Assembly: GCA_963740085.1 (NCBI GenBank)
Contig: CAVUCU010000004.1
Location: 544,001 to 608,000 of the forward strand
DNA from: Nitrospirota bacterium
GTDB taxonomy: Bacteria > Nitrospirota > UBA9217
Length of the DNA stretch: 64,000 bases
Reading direction: 5' to 3'
Below, piece by piece: positions 41,453 to 49,636 of this stretch. The position numbers and the translations under genes were made by a program. Position 1 is the stretch's first letter; every line of letters starts with the position of its first letter. The notes under the pieces were generated by a model. It searched no databases and had not been told where the DNA came from. It saw nothing but the letters and a program-made list of their open reading frames with translations.

Positions 41453-41887
41453 ATGACGATGAAGAGATATCGATCCGATAAAATCGCACTCCTTGTCTTC
41501 TTCGTGCTGTATGCACTCTCACCGCTCACCTGCGACCTGTCCGTAAAATCCATAACACCCCATCTAGCCGGAAGAGCTTCCGGACATTCCTTTCAAAAGA
41601 CTTCTCTTTATCTTCTAGAAGTTTTGCACGAGGTTTTTTTTGGATCCAGCGAACCTGAAGACGATTCATCATCGAATCGCGTCCTTATCAGGAAGAAAAG
41701 CGCCGTTTATCGGGGCAGATTCAATTTTGTCCCGCAGTCAGGACATCCCTTTTCCGCGGCAGATCTGACGTCTGGCCAACATTTCTGCTTCGGGAGAGAA
41801 CGAGCCGAGATCGTGCAGTGCTCTCTCCGGAAGACCAGCGGTTACTGGACCCTGTATTCCGGCCTGTCCCCGCCGCTCCTTTCGTAG
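41453..41887 (+). CDS. Hypothetical protein with N-terminal TM/signal and C-terminal SGLSPP (candidate arrest/leader peptide)
   Basis: ORF with SD GGGGA, hydrophobic N-terminus, polar linker, ends YSGLSPPLLS. Confidence 0.6.
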   Translation: MTMKRYRSDKIALLVFFVLYALSPLTCDLSVKSITPHLAGRASGHSFQKTSLYLLEVLHEVFFGSSEPEDDSSSNRVLIRKKSAVYRGRFNFVPQSGHPFSAADLTSGQHFCFGRERAEIVQCSLRKTSGYWTLYSGLSPPLLS

Positions 41888-41952
41888 ATCCGCGAAAAGC
41901 CATTTCCGGAATGCTCTCCGGAAAATCTTTTGGGAGAAAGAAAGGAAAACCC

Positions 41953-42381
41953 ATGGGAATATTTGACAAACTCCTGGGAAAAGGAGAAAGCTATCCGCCC
42001 CTTGATCCTGCAAGTCCGGCCGCATCGAGGCTTGGATCGATTCAGCCCCATCTGGAGCCGTTCGTGAAACAGGTGTCTGATAAGTTGGAGATTGTGCCGC
42101 TAGATAAGGAGGCTGTGGTGTTCATCGGCAAGCCGCCTGATGCTTTTGGTGCGGCCTGGATCCGCAATGGAAAGATCTCAAACTTTAAAACGCTGATGCA
42201 GGACAAAAAGCTTCCCCCCGACCAGGTCCAACTGCTCTCGGACAAGCTGCGAGATGCATACATACGAAGCAAGGCGGCGGTTCGTTTCTCGATCGCGATC
42301 GGAGGCAAGACGGTCACGGTCACACCTTCTGAGTCGCTGGAGCATGACGTGGCCACCATATTTCAGGAACTGGGGGCATAG
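41953..42381 (+). CDS. Hypothetical protein with amphipathic N-terminus MGIFDKLLG
   Basis: SD AAAGGA, globular composition, followed by a terminator. Confidence 0.8.
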   Translation: MGIFDKLLGKGESYPPLDPASPAASRLGSIQPHLEPFVKQVSDKLEIVPLDKEAVVFIGKPPDAFGAAWIRNGKISNFKTLMQDKKLPPDQVQLLSDKLRDAYIRSKAAVRFSIAIGGKTVTVTPSESLEHDVATIFQELGA

Positions 42382-42394
42382 AATGTCGCTGATG

Positions 42395-42436
42395 GCCCCT
42401 GCGTGTCGACAGCAATCGGCCCACAGGGGCTTTTTT
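42395..42436 (+). terminator. Intrinsic terminator
   Basis: GCCCCTGCGTGTCGA/TCGGCCCACAGGGGC stem followed by T6. Confidence 0.7.
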
Positions 42437-42439
42437 GTG

Positions 42440-42595
42440 GACCCTCCCCGGCAGAGGATCAGCAAGTTCTCCCAGCGGCTGTTCGCGCGGACCGGCGCAT
42501 TCACCGATGCGCTGCTGATAGCAGGCATCATGCTCGTGACAGGCGTCATGATGCCCCCCCTGATCAGAGATCGGAAGCACACGGGAACACCTTAA
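42440..42595 (+). pseudogene. Possible remnant of the last TM helix of an MFS transporter
   Basis: ...SQRLFARTGAFTDALLIAGIMLVTGVMM resembles an MFS C-terminus; no start. Confidence 0.3.
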
Positions 42596-42629
42596 CTTCA
42601 CGATGACGCCAAAGAAAGGGCAGTGAACC

Positions 42630-43097
42630 ATGAAATTGAAGATCGGTTTCTTCGGTGCGGCCATAAATATCGTTGTTGTCACCGGGATGGTTTGTTTCTC
42701 GGCGCTTACCCGCGGCGGCGCCTCATTCAGCGACTATTTTTCGGTCTTTCCGGTGCTGGCATTCGCGGCTTTTATTGTCTACTATTTTGTCGTTTCTTCC
42801 TATGTGGTAAAGCGTGCGGGAATTCAGAAACCGGCTTTTATTGATTCGCTCGTCGGAATGCTCGCTGAACTTATTCTTGTCACGGTAGGGGTCGTGATCT
42901 ACAGCCTGTGGATCACGCTCTCGGGTATGCACGGACAGGACCTCCGGATGATCGCCTCGGAACTCACGACCGGCATTCTGGTGAACCTCCTCTGGGTATT
43001 TGCAATGTTCCTTGTCCATATCTTGATCGCAGGAAATATCGCCGGCCTCGTCGGCTGGTACGTGTTGAGCAAGCTCTCTCCGAAAAGTCTTTCCTAG
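42630..43097 (+). CDS. Hypothetical four-TM membrane protein
   Basis: Four hydrophobic segments; SD AAAGGG. Confidence 0.75.
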   Translation: MKLKIGFFGAAINIVVVTGMVCFSALTRGGASFSDYFSVFPVLAFAAFIVYYFVVSSYVVKRAGIQKPAFIDSLVGMLAELILVTVGVVIYSLWITLSGMHGQDLRMIASELTTGILVNLLWVFAMFLVHILIAGNIAGLVGWYVLSKLSPKSLS

Positions 43098-43354
43098 CCG
43101 TCCGCAGATGCGAGCGATGCCTGCTTCAATATCCCGATCCTCATTTGGATAAACCCGAAGATCGGCCCGACCGGGGTCGCCGAAGTCTTTTCGCGACAGT
43201 GTGATCGTTTGACATGGTGGATCAGTTCCCCTGCAGATTTCATATTGCATTCTCAGCCTGAACAGTGTTAGCATATTTTTACGTATTACATTTATTATCC
43301 GGCGGTTCTCCCGTAAACGGCGTGAATGAACGTTTCCAGCATAGGACCCGCGTA

Positions 43355-44074
43355 ATGACCGGGACACGCATGTTTTTTATCTCCTTCTGCGCGGTATTGT
43401 CCTTATCGTCCCCCAATGCCGCTGAACGGGAACCAGGTCCGCTTCGGCAGGCAAAGGCAGCCATCGACGGCCCTGTCGCCCCGACACTCCGTCACGCTCC
43501 TGTCTACCGAATCCCGCTCCGCGTGCATTTGGGAGAGAGCGGACGAAGTCCGGGGGATTTCATTGCAATACTCGATGAGATCAACTCCATCTGGCTGACG
43601 CAGGCGGGGATTTGCTTCGAGATGCAGATCGTACTGGATAACAGGCCTCTTGAGCAGGGTATGGACATCTGGTTCATGCCGAACCTGCCCGGAGGAGCGG
43701 GGCTTAACGGTTACTTTCGAGACGAGCACAATATTCAGGTGCGGGACACGCCCGTCCTGGGACCTGCCGCGAATCCCGCCCACTATCCAGCTGCACGCAC
43801 GGCGGCGCATGAGTTCGGGCATGGCCTCTCCCTCCAGCACCGCCAGAATTCCGACGACAATCTGATGCGGTCCAAGACCTTTGGATGGCAGTTGAACAGG
43901 AAAGAAATCCAGGAAGCGCGTGGAGCTGCGGCGGAGAAGGCCTTGCAGGACACTGCGCCCAGAAAATGCGAAGAACCCAGGATATTGCCTACGCCAGAGT
44001 CTCCCGTTGTCTCAACCATGTCGAATACCGGGCCGTATCGTGATCGTGCAAACCTTGACGCCGATAAACACTAG
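43355..44074 (+). CDS. Secreted metzincin-type zinc metalloprotease
   Basis: Signal-like N-terminus, AHEFGHGLSLQH plus Met-turn NLM. Confidence 0.75.
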   Translation: MTGTRMFFISFCAVLSLSSPNAAEREPGPLRQAKAAIDGPVAPTLRHAPVYRIPLRVHLGESGRSPGDFIAILDEINSIWLTQAGICFEMQIVLDNRPLEQGMDIWFMPNLPGGAGLNGYFRDEHNIQVRDTPVLGPAANPAHYPAARTAAHEFGHGLSLQHRQNSDDNLMRSKTFGWQLNRKEIQEARGAAAEKALQDTAPRKCEEPRILPTPESPVVSTMSNTGPYRDRANLDADKH

Positions 44075-44108
44075 ACACATCAGATTGATAATCCCATCGA
44101 GGACTTTC

Positions 44109-44435
44109 ATGTTCAAGAAATACGATGCATCATCGGGTTACCACAACGCCCTGGAGAAGATAAAGAGGAAGACGCTGGTCCACGGACCCAGAACGCTGAT
44201 GGCCGAGTTCCGGCTCGAACAGGGGGCCCTGCTGCCGAAGCACAGGCATCCGCACGAACAGACCGGCTACCTTGTGTCCGGTCGCATGGACCTCTCGATC
44301 GGCAGCGAAACTCATGCAGTCTCGGCGGGGGACAGCTGGTGTATTCCCGGGGACATGGAGCATAGCGCCGTGGCCCGCGAGGACTCTGTTGCCGTAGAAG
44401 TGTTCTGTCCGGTAAGGGAGGACTATTTCCCGTAG
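44109..44435 (+). CDS. Cupin-domain protein
   Basis: PKHRHPHEQTGY..SG; GDSWCIPGDMEH; VEVF.PVREDY. Confidence 0.9.
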   Translation: MFKKYDASSGYHNALEKIKRKTLVHGPRTLMAEFRLEQGALLPKHRHPHEQTGYLVSGRMDLSIGSETHAVSAGDSWCIPGDMEHSAVAREDSVAVEVFCPVREDYFP

Positions 44436-44476
44436 GACCAGGGGGTCGACCCTGGTCTCACTGATGTCGCCAGGCG

Positions 44477-44508
44477 AAACTTTGTCCCTCATAAGGGCAG
44501 AGTTTTTT
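44477..44508 (+). terminator. Intrinsic terminator
   Basis: AAACTTTGTCCCT-CATA-AGGGCAGAGTTT stem running into a T tract. Confidence 0.6.
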
Positions 44509-44749
44509 CCCCGTAATCCGCTTATGTTCCGACCCTCTTTGCATCGAATACGCAGGCGCCATCTATCCGGTATGCAAATCCGGGGACGTAGTGGACCCGT
44601 TGAGTGACCTTTTCCTCTGCAAGATTGAACCAGCAGGAGACCGGTAGTGCCTGAAAAGGGACCCGAAAACTTTATGGAAGAGCTCAATGCCAAGTCTGAT
44701 ATTTTTAGATGAAATCCTCATCCAGCCTGCCAATCAAGCTTGTTTATCC

Positions 44750-44778
44750 TTGACGATTCCGCATATAATCAGTATAAT
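44750..44778 (+). promoter_or_regulatory. sigma70 promoter for lysS
   Basis: TTGACG-17 nt-TATAAT. Confidence 0.75.
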
Positions 44779-44816
44779 CGGCGATTGAGTTTATCATCAT
44801 GGCAAAGGGGATTTTC

Positions 44817-46298
44817 ATGGAAGATCACAACGAGTTGATCCAACAGCGCTTTAAGAAGCGCGAAGAGATCAGCGCGATGGGCATTCGTCCGTATGCAGGA
44901 AGGTTCGACGTGTCTGTTTCCGCACAGGGACTCATCGATACCTATGGACAGACGAGCAAGGAAGACCTTGAAAAAACACGGGTTGAGCTCGCCATAGCGG
45001 GACGGATCGTCGCCATGCGAAGCTTCGGCAAGGCGGGTTTTGGCCATCTCCAGGACGGATCGGGAAGGATCCAGTTCTACTTCCAGAAGAACACGCTCGG
45101 TGATGACCGATACGCTTTCTTTAAAAAGCTCGACATCGGCGACTTCATGGGAGTGAAGGGTTTTCTGTTCCGTACCAAGACCAATGAGCTTACGATTGAC
45201 ATCGAGGACTTCACACTCCTCTCAAAATCCCTCCGCCCTTTGCCGGAAAAATGGCATGGCTTAACGGACGTTGAGCTTCGCTACCGCCAACGGTATCTGG
45301 ACCTGATCGTGAATCCCGAGGTTAGAAAAGTTTTTCTGCTCCGCACGAAGATCGTCCAGGCGATCAGGGGCTTTCTGAACACCCGGGGCTATATTGAAGT
45401 CGAGACACCGATGATGCAGTCCATTCCGGGCGGGGCGACGGCGAAACCCTTCAAGACCCATCACAATGCCCTGGACATGGACCTCTTCCTCCGCATCGCG
45501 CCGGAGCTGTATCTCAAGCGGCTCCTGGTGGGCGGTTTCGAACGGGTATATGAGATCAATCGAAATTTTCGGAATGAAGGCATCTCCACGCGCCACAACC
45601 CCGAATTCACCATGCTCGAGTTCTATACTGCCTATGCCGATTACCGCGACCTTATGACCATGACCGAGCAGATGATCAGCTCCATCTCAATGGATGTCCT
45701 CGGCAAAACAGAGGTGGAATACGAGGGGCATGTGATCAATCTTTCTCCGCCCTGGAAGCGTATCACCTACCGAGACGCACTTCGCGAGGCGGGTGTATCC
45801 GAGGCTGTCCTTGCCGATGATCTGAAAGCCCGGGAGTATGCGAGAAAACTCGGCGCAAACTTGACGGGCGGGGAACCCTTGGGAAAGGTACTGAATGAGA
45901 TTTTTGAGGCGCTTGTCGAGCCTAAGCTCATTCAGCCCACCTTTATTATCGACTACCCAACGGACATATCACCGCTGTCGAAGAAATGCGATGACAATCC
46001 CGATTATGTGGAGCGATTCGAGCTCTTCATTGTCGGAAGGGAACTGGCGAATGCCTTCTCCGAATTGAACGACCCGGTGGACCAGAAAGAGCGGTTCCTT
46101 AAGCAGGTTTCGGAAGGCGAGGCGGGAGATGAAGAGGCTCACCAGATGGACGAAGATTTCATTCGGGCCCTCGAGTACGGCATGCCTCCGGCCGCGGGGG
46201 AGGGGATCGGCATCGACCGTCTGGTGATGCTGCTTACGGGATCAACCTCCATCCGGGACGTGATCCTGTTCCCCCAGATGAAGAAGGAGAAATCGTAA
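44817..46298 (+). CDS. lysS: Lysine--tRNA ligase (class II)
   Basis: OB domain, RYRQRYLDL, EVETPM, FRNEG, YGMPPAAG.GIGIDRL. Confidence 0.98.
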   Translation: MEDHNELIQQRFKKREEISAMGIRPYAGRFDVSVSAQGLIDTYGQTSKEDLEKTRVELAIAGRIVAMRSFGKAGFGHLQDGSGRIQFYFQKNTLGDDRYAFFKKLDIGDFMGVKGFLFRTKTNELTIDIEDFTLLSKSLRPLPEKWHGLTDVELRYRQRYLDLIVNPEVRKVFLLRTKIVQAIRGFLNTRGYIEVETPMMQSIPGGATAKPFKTHHNALDMDLFLRIAPELYLKRLLVGGFERVYEINRNFRNEGISTRHNPEFTMLEFYTAYADYRDLMTMTEQMISSISMDVLGKTEVEYEGHVINLSPPWKRITYRDALREAGVSEAVLADDLKAREYARKLGANLTGGEPLGKVLNEIFEALVEPKLIQPTFIIDYPTDISPLSKKCDDNPDYVERFELFIVGRELANAFSELNDPVDQKERFLKQVSEGEAGDEEAHQMDEDFIRALEYGMPPAAGEGIGIDRLVMLLTGSTSIRDVILFPQMKKEKS

Positions 46299-46307
46299 AA
46301 AATACTT

Positions 46308-46390
46308 TTACCACAGAGGACGCAGAGGGCGGAAAGATAAAGATCGATTTTTTGTTGTTGCTCTTTTATTCTCTGTGAACTCTGAGGTGA
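46308..46390. repeat. 9-nt-period inverted tandem repeat
   Basis: CACAGAGGA CGCAGAGGG ... CTCTGTGAA CTCTGAGGTGA. Confidence 0.7.
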
Positions 46391-46401
46391 GAGCCTCTAA
46401 A

Positions 46402-47637
46402 ATGAAAATCCCCTACGAAATATTCGTCAGCCTGCGGTATCTGAAGACCAAGAAGCGCTACGGCACTATCTCGCTCAATACGTTCATCTCCATCGCCGGC
46501 GTGGTCATCGGAGTGGCCACCTCCATTATCACCCTTGCGGTGATGACCGGTTTTCAGGGTTATTTCCGCGACAAGATCCTGTCAGCCATGCCGCATATTG
46601 TGGTGATGGAGTACACCGGCTCCGGCGTTAAGGACCCGAAGGCACTGCAGGAAAAGGTGGAACGGGTCGCGCATGTCACGGCGACAACGCCATTTATCTA
46701 TGCTCAGTCGATGCTGACGAGCAAAGACCGGATGCAGGGCGTGGTCGTGCGGGGCATCGACCCCAGGACCGAGGGAACGGTGACCGACCTCGCGAAGAAC
46801 ATGACGGCCGGCACCCTCGCGGGCCTTGAGAGCGCGGAGGGAAAACCACCCCGCATCATCATCGGCGAGGACCTTGCCAGAAAACTCGGCGTGTCGGTCG
46901 GAGAGACGGTTACCATGGTAAACCCGCTCGGAGAAGAAACCTCAATGGGCGTGATACCCAAAATGAAGAAGTTCGTGGTCGCAGGCTTGTTCGATGCCGG
47001 AATGTATGATTATAATACAACGTTTGTTTATATAACGCTGCCCGCGGCACAGAAGTTTTTCGAGATGCCGGGCAGGGTGAGCGGAGTACAGGCGAGGGTG
47101 GATGATATCTACCAGGCCGATACAATCGCTTCGGCTATCCAGGCGTCAGCCGGATATCCATTTTACACACGCAACTGGATGGAAATGAACAAGAATTTCT
47201 TTTCAGCCCTGCTGCTCGAAAAGATCGGCATGTCACTTATCCTTGTCGTCATTATCATTGTGGCATCGTTCAATATCATCGGCACCCTGACGATGATCGT
47301 CATGGAAAAGAGCAGGGAAATCGCCATCCTGAAGTCCATGGGTTCGCCGGCGCAGAGCATCATGAAGATATTCATGTTCGCGGGACTCGCGATCGGCTGC
47401 GTGGGGACCGCTATCGGAGCGATCATCGGCTACGGGGCCGTGACGATCATCTCCAGAACAGACATCATATCGCTGCCGAAAGATGTTTATCAGGTAAGCC
47501 ATCTGCCGCTCTCGATATCAGGCCTCGATGTGCTCTCGATAGCGCTCACCGCGCTCGGCATCAGTTTTATCGCGACACTCTATCCGTCGTGGCAAGCGGC
47601 AAAACAGGATCCTGTCGAAGTACTGAGATATGAATAA
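46402..47637 (+). CDS. lolE: Lipoprotein-releasing ABC permease LolC/E
   Basis: LRYL, AVMTGF, EK..EIAILKSMG, ATLYP..QAA..DP.EVLRYE. Confidence 0.92.
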   Translation: MKIPYEIFVSLRYLKTKKRYGTISLNTFISIAGVVIGVATSIITLAVMTGFQGYFRDKILSAMPHIVVMEYTGSGVKDPKALQEKVERVAHVTATTPFIYAQSMLTSKDRMQGVVVRGIDPRTEGTVTDLAKNMTAGTLAGLESAEGKPPRIIIGEDLARKLGVSVGETVTMVNPLGEETSMGVIPKMKKFVVAGLFDAGMYDYNTTFVYITLPAAQKFFEMPGRVSGVQARVDDIYQADTIASAIQASAGYPFYTRNWMEMNKNFFSALLLEKIGMSLILVVIIIVASFNIIGTLTMIVMEKSREIAILKSMGSPAQSIMKIFMFAGLAIGCVGTAIGAIIGYGAVTIISRTDIISLPKDVYQVSHLPLSISGLDVLSIALTALGISFIATLYPSWQAAKQDPVEVLRYE

Positions 47638-47745
47638 ATATGGTACCTACTCATGTCAGTTATTCAATTTGAATAGTGCAGTTTCGGATTAAATTGGAAT
47701 TTGGTTTTTGATATTTGGGATAGTGCTATCCTCAAGGAGGTTTCT

Positions 47746-48039
47746 ATGGCGCAAAAAGGCGGCAACTTGAAAACGTTCATTCTCATCGTGATCTTTCTGG
47801 GAGTGCTTTCGGTGGTCTTTGTTCTCCTGGGTGGCGGCAACTTTCTTAAATCCGCCGGCACCTGGATCGGCGGCCTGGGCAGCAAGGCGGAAACCATGAA
47901 GGGGAAAATAGAGGAAGGCGCATCATCGGTCGGAAAGAAAGCGGAAAAGGTAAAAGAAGCGGTAACGTCTGCCGGTAGAAAAGTCGAAAAGAAGGCGGAA
48001 AAAGTGAAAGACGCGGTAACCTCGGGAGAAACGAAATAA
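47746..48039 (+). CDS. Small membrane-anchored protein with Lys/Glu/Ala amphipathic repeats
   Basis: SD AAGGAGG; one TM; repeats VGKKAEKVKEAVTS and VEKKAEKVKDAVTS. Confidence 0.75.
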   Translation: MAQKGGNLKTFILIVIFLGVLSVVFVLLGGGNFLKSAGTWIGGLGSKAETMKGKIEEGASSVGKKAEKVKEAVTSAGRKVEKKAEKVKDAVTSGETK

Positions 48040-48719
48040 CGCGCACGCTTATTCATATCGAGCAGCTCCGCAAGACATTCACGAGCGGTCCCATGGAACT
48101 CCCCGTTCTTGACGGCATCAATCTCGATATCCGGTCAGGCGAAATGCTCGCCATTGTCGGAGCATCAGGTGTAGGGAAAAGTACGCTCCTCCACATCCTG
48201 GGCGCGCTCGACCGGCCGACGTCCGGAAAGGTCTATTATGGAGATGTCGATGTTTTCGGTCTCGACAACGGACGGCTTTCGCGTTTTCGCAACGAGCGTG
48301 TGGGGTTCGTGTTCCAATTCCACCACCTGTTGCCTGAATTTTCAGCGCTCGAGAACGTCATGATGCCGGGGCTCATCCGGCGGATGGGCCGAGAAGAAGC
48401 AGCTGTCGCTGCCGGGAAAATACTGTCCGATGTGGGGCTCGGCGGGCGGCTTCATCACCGGCCCGGAGAGCTCTCGGGCGGAGAGCAGCAGCGGGTCGCG
48501 GTTGCGCGGGCTTTGATGCTGAAACCCGATGTCGTACTTGCCGATGAACCGACGGGCAATCTTGATATGCATACAGGCGAGTCGGTACACGATCTCCTCC
48601 TCGGGATCAACAAACAGCAGGGGATAACCTTCGTGATCGTGACGCATAACGACAAACTTGCGGTCCGGGCGGACCGGGTGCTCCGGATGGCCGAAGGAAG
48701 GCTCACGCAAACCCAGTAA
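48039..48719 (+). CDS. lolD: Lipoprotein-releasing ABC ATPase (true start probably upstream of ATG 48093)
   Basis: GASGVGKST, GFVFQFHHLL, LSGGEQQR, ADEPTGNLD; the in-frame first strand LIHIEQLRKTF lies upstream of the first ATG. Confidence 0.9.
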   Translation, partial: TRTLIHIEQLRKTFTSGPMELPVLDGINLDIRSGEMLAIVGASGVGKSTLLHILGALDRPTSGKVYYGDVDVFGLDNGRLSRFRNERVGFVFQFHHLLPEFSALENVMMPGLIRRMGREEAAVAAGKILSDVGLGGRLHHRPGELSGGEQQRVAVARALMLKPDVVLADEPTGNLDMHTGESVHDLLLGINKQQGITFVIVTHNDKLAVRADRVLRMAEGRLTQTQ

Positions 48720-48743
48720 AACACAAACAGGCGACCTTTTTTC

Positions 48744-48773
48744 TTGACTTAGAGAGGCTGTAAAAAGTAATAT
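48744..48773 (+). promoter_or_regulatory. Candidate promoter of the heme operon
   Basis: TTGACT-18 nt-TAATAT. Confidence 0.45.
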
Positions 48774-48811
48774 TAATCCTTATCCATCAGACGATTACAG
48801 GGAACTGCCGA

Positions 48812-49624
48812 ATGAATCTCTTGTTTTTCCAAATAGCAACGGGTTTCTACCTGCTCGCGACAGCCGGGTACATCAGCTACATCTTAAAACCGGAGCGGAA
48901 GTGGACTTCTACGGCATCGCTCTGGGTGACCTTCTCGGGCTTCCTGTTTCATATAGTCTATTTTCTCTTCAGGTGGTTCGAATCAGGACGTATCCCGATA
49001 ACGAGCTTTTTCGAGGCCGCGAATTTTCTCGGCATGGGCATCGTTCTCGTGTTCCTCATCATGGAATTCCGCTACAAGATCCCGGCGCTCGGCTCGTTCA
49101 TGCTTCCTCTCGTGATCGTTCTCATGGCCCCTGCTCTCATCCTCTCCGGCGATATTAAAGAACTCAACCCCGTGCTCAAGAGCGGCTGGCTCGGCATACA
49201 TACGAGCCTGACGGTTTTGGGAGATTCCGCCTTCGCCTTCGCATTCATCGTTTCGATCATGTATCTGATCCAGGAACGCCAGCTCAAGGCCAAACGACTT
49301 GGCGCGATCTTTCATCGTCTGCCGTCCCTTGATATCATGGACACACTGGGTTACAAAGCGCTTACCATCGGTTGGCCCCTCTTTACACTCGGCATGCTTT
49401 CGGGGTCCATCTGGGCGAACAGCGCATGGGGCACCTACTGGAGCTGGGACCCCAAAGAGACGTGGTCGCTCATTACCTGGGTTGTTTATCTGGTGCTCCT
49501 GCACCTACGCACCATCGGATGGCGGGGGAGAAAAATGGCTTTTCTTTCGATCATCGGATTTCTCTTTGTCCTGGTCAGTTTTTTTGTGGTAAGCCGCATA
49601 CAGATAGGGAAGCATAGCTTTTAA
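48812..49624 (+). CDS. ccsA: Cytochrome c biogenesis CcsA/ResC (HemX-like) membrane protein
   Basis: WL.IH, GSIWANSAWGTYWSWDPKETWS (WWD motif), terminal GKHSF. Confidence 0.88.
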   Translation: MNLLFFQIATGFYLLATAGYISYILKPERKWTSTASLWVTFSGFLFHIVYFLFRWFESGRIPITSFFEAANFLGMGIVLVFLIMEFRYKIPALGSFMLPLVIVLMAPALILSGDIKELNPVLKSGWLGIHTSLTVLGDSAFAFAFIVSIMYLIQERQLKAKRLGAIFHRLPSLDIMDTLGYKALTIGWPLFTLGMLSGSIWANSAWGTYWSWDPKETWSLITWVVYLVLLHLRTIGWRGRKMAFLSIIGFLFVLVSFFVVSRIQIGKHSF

Positions 49625-49636
49625 GGTGATGCCTGA

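Noticed and set aside
44436-44508. Hammerhead-like CTGATG...GAAAC between hairpins
   Set aside because: Lacks A9, stem II is too short, and stems I and III cannot close around a cleavage triplet. Better explained as a hairpin plus terminator.
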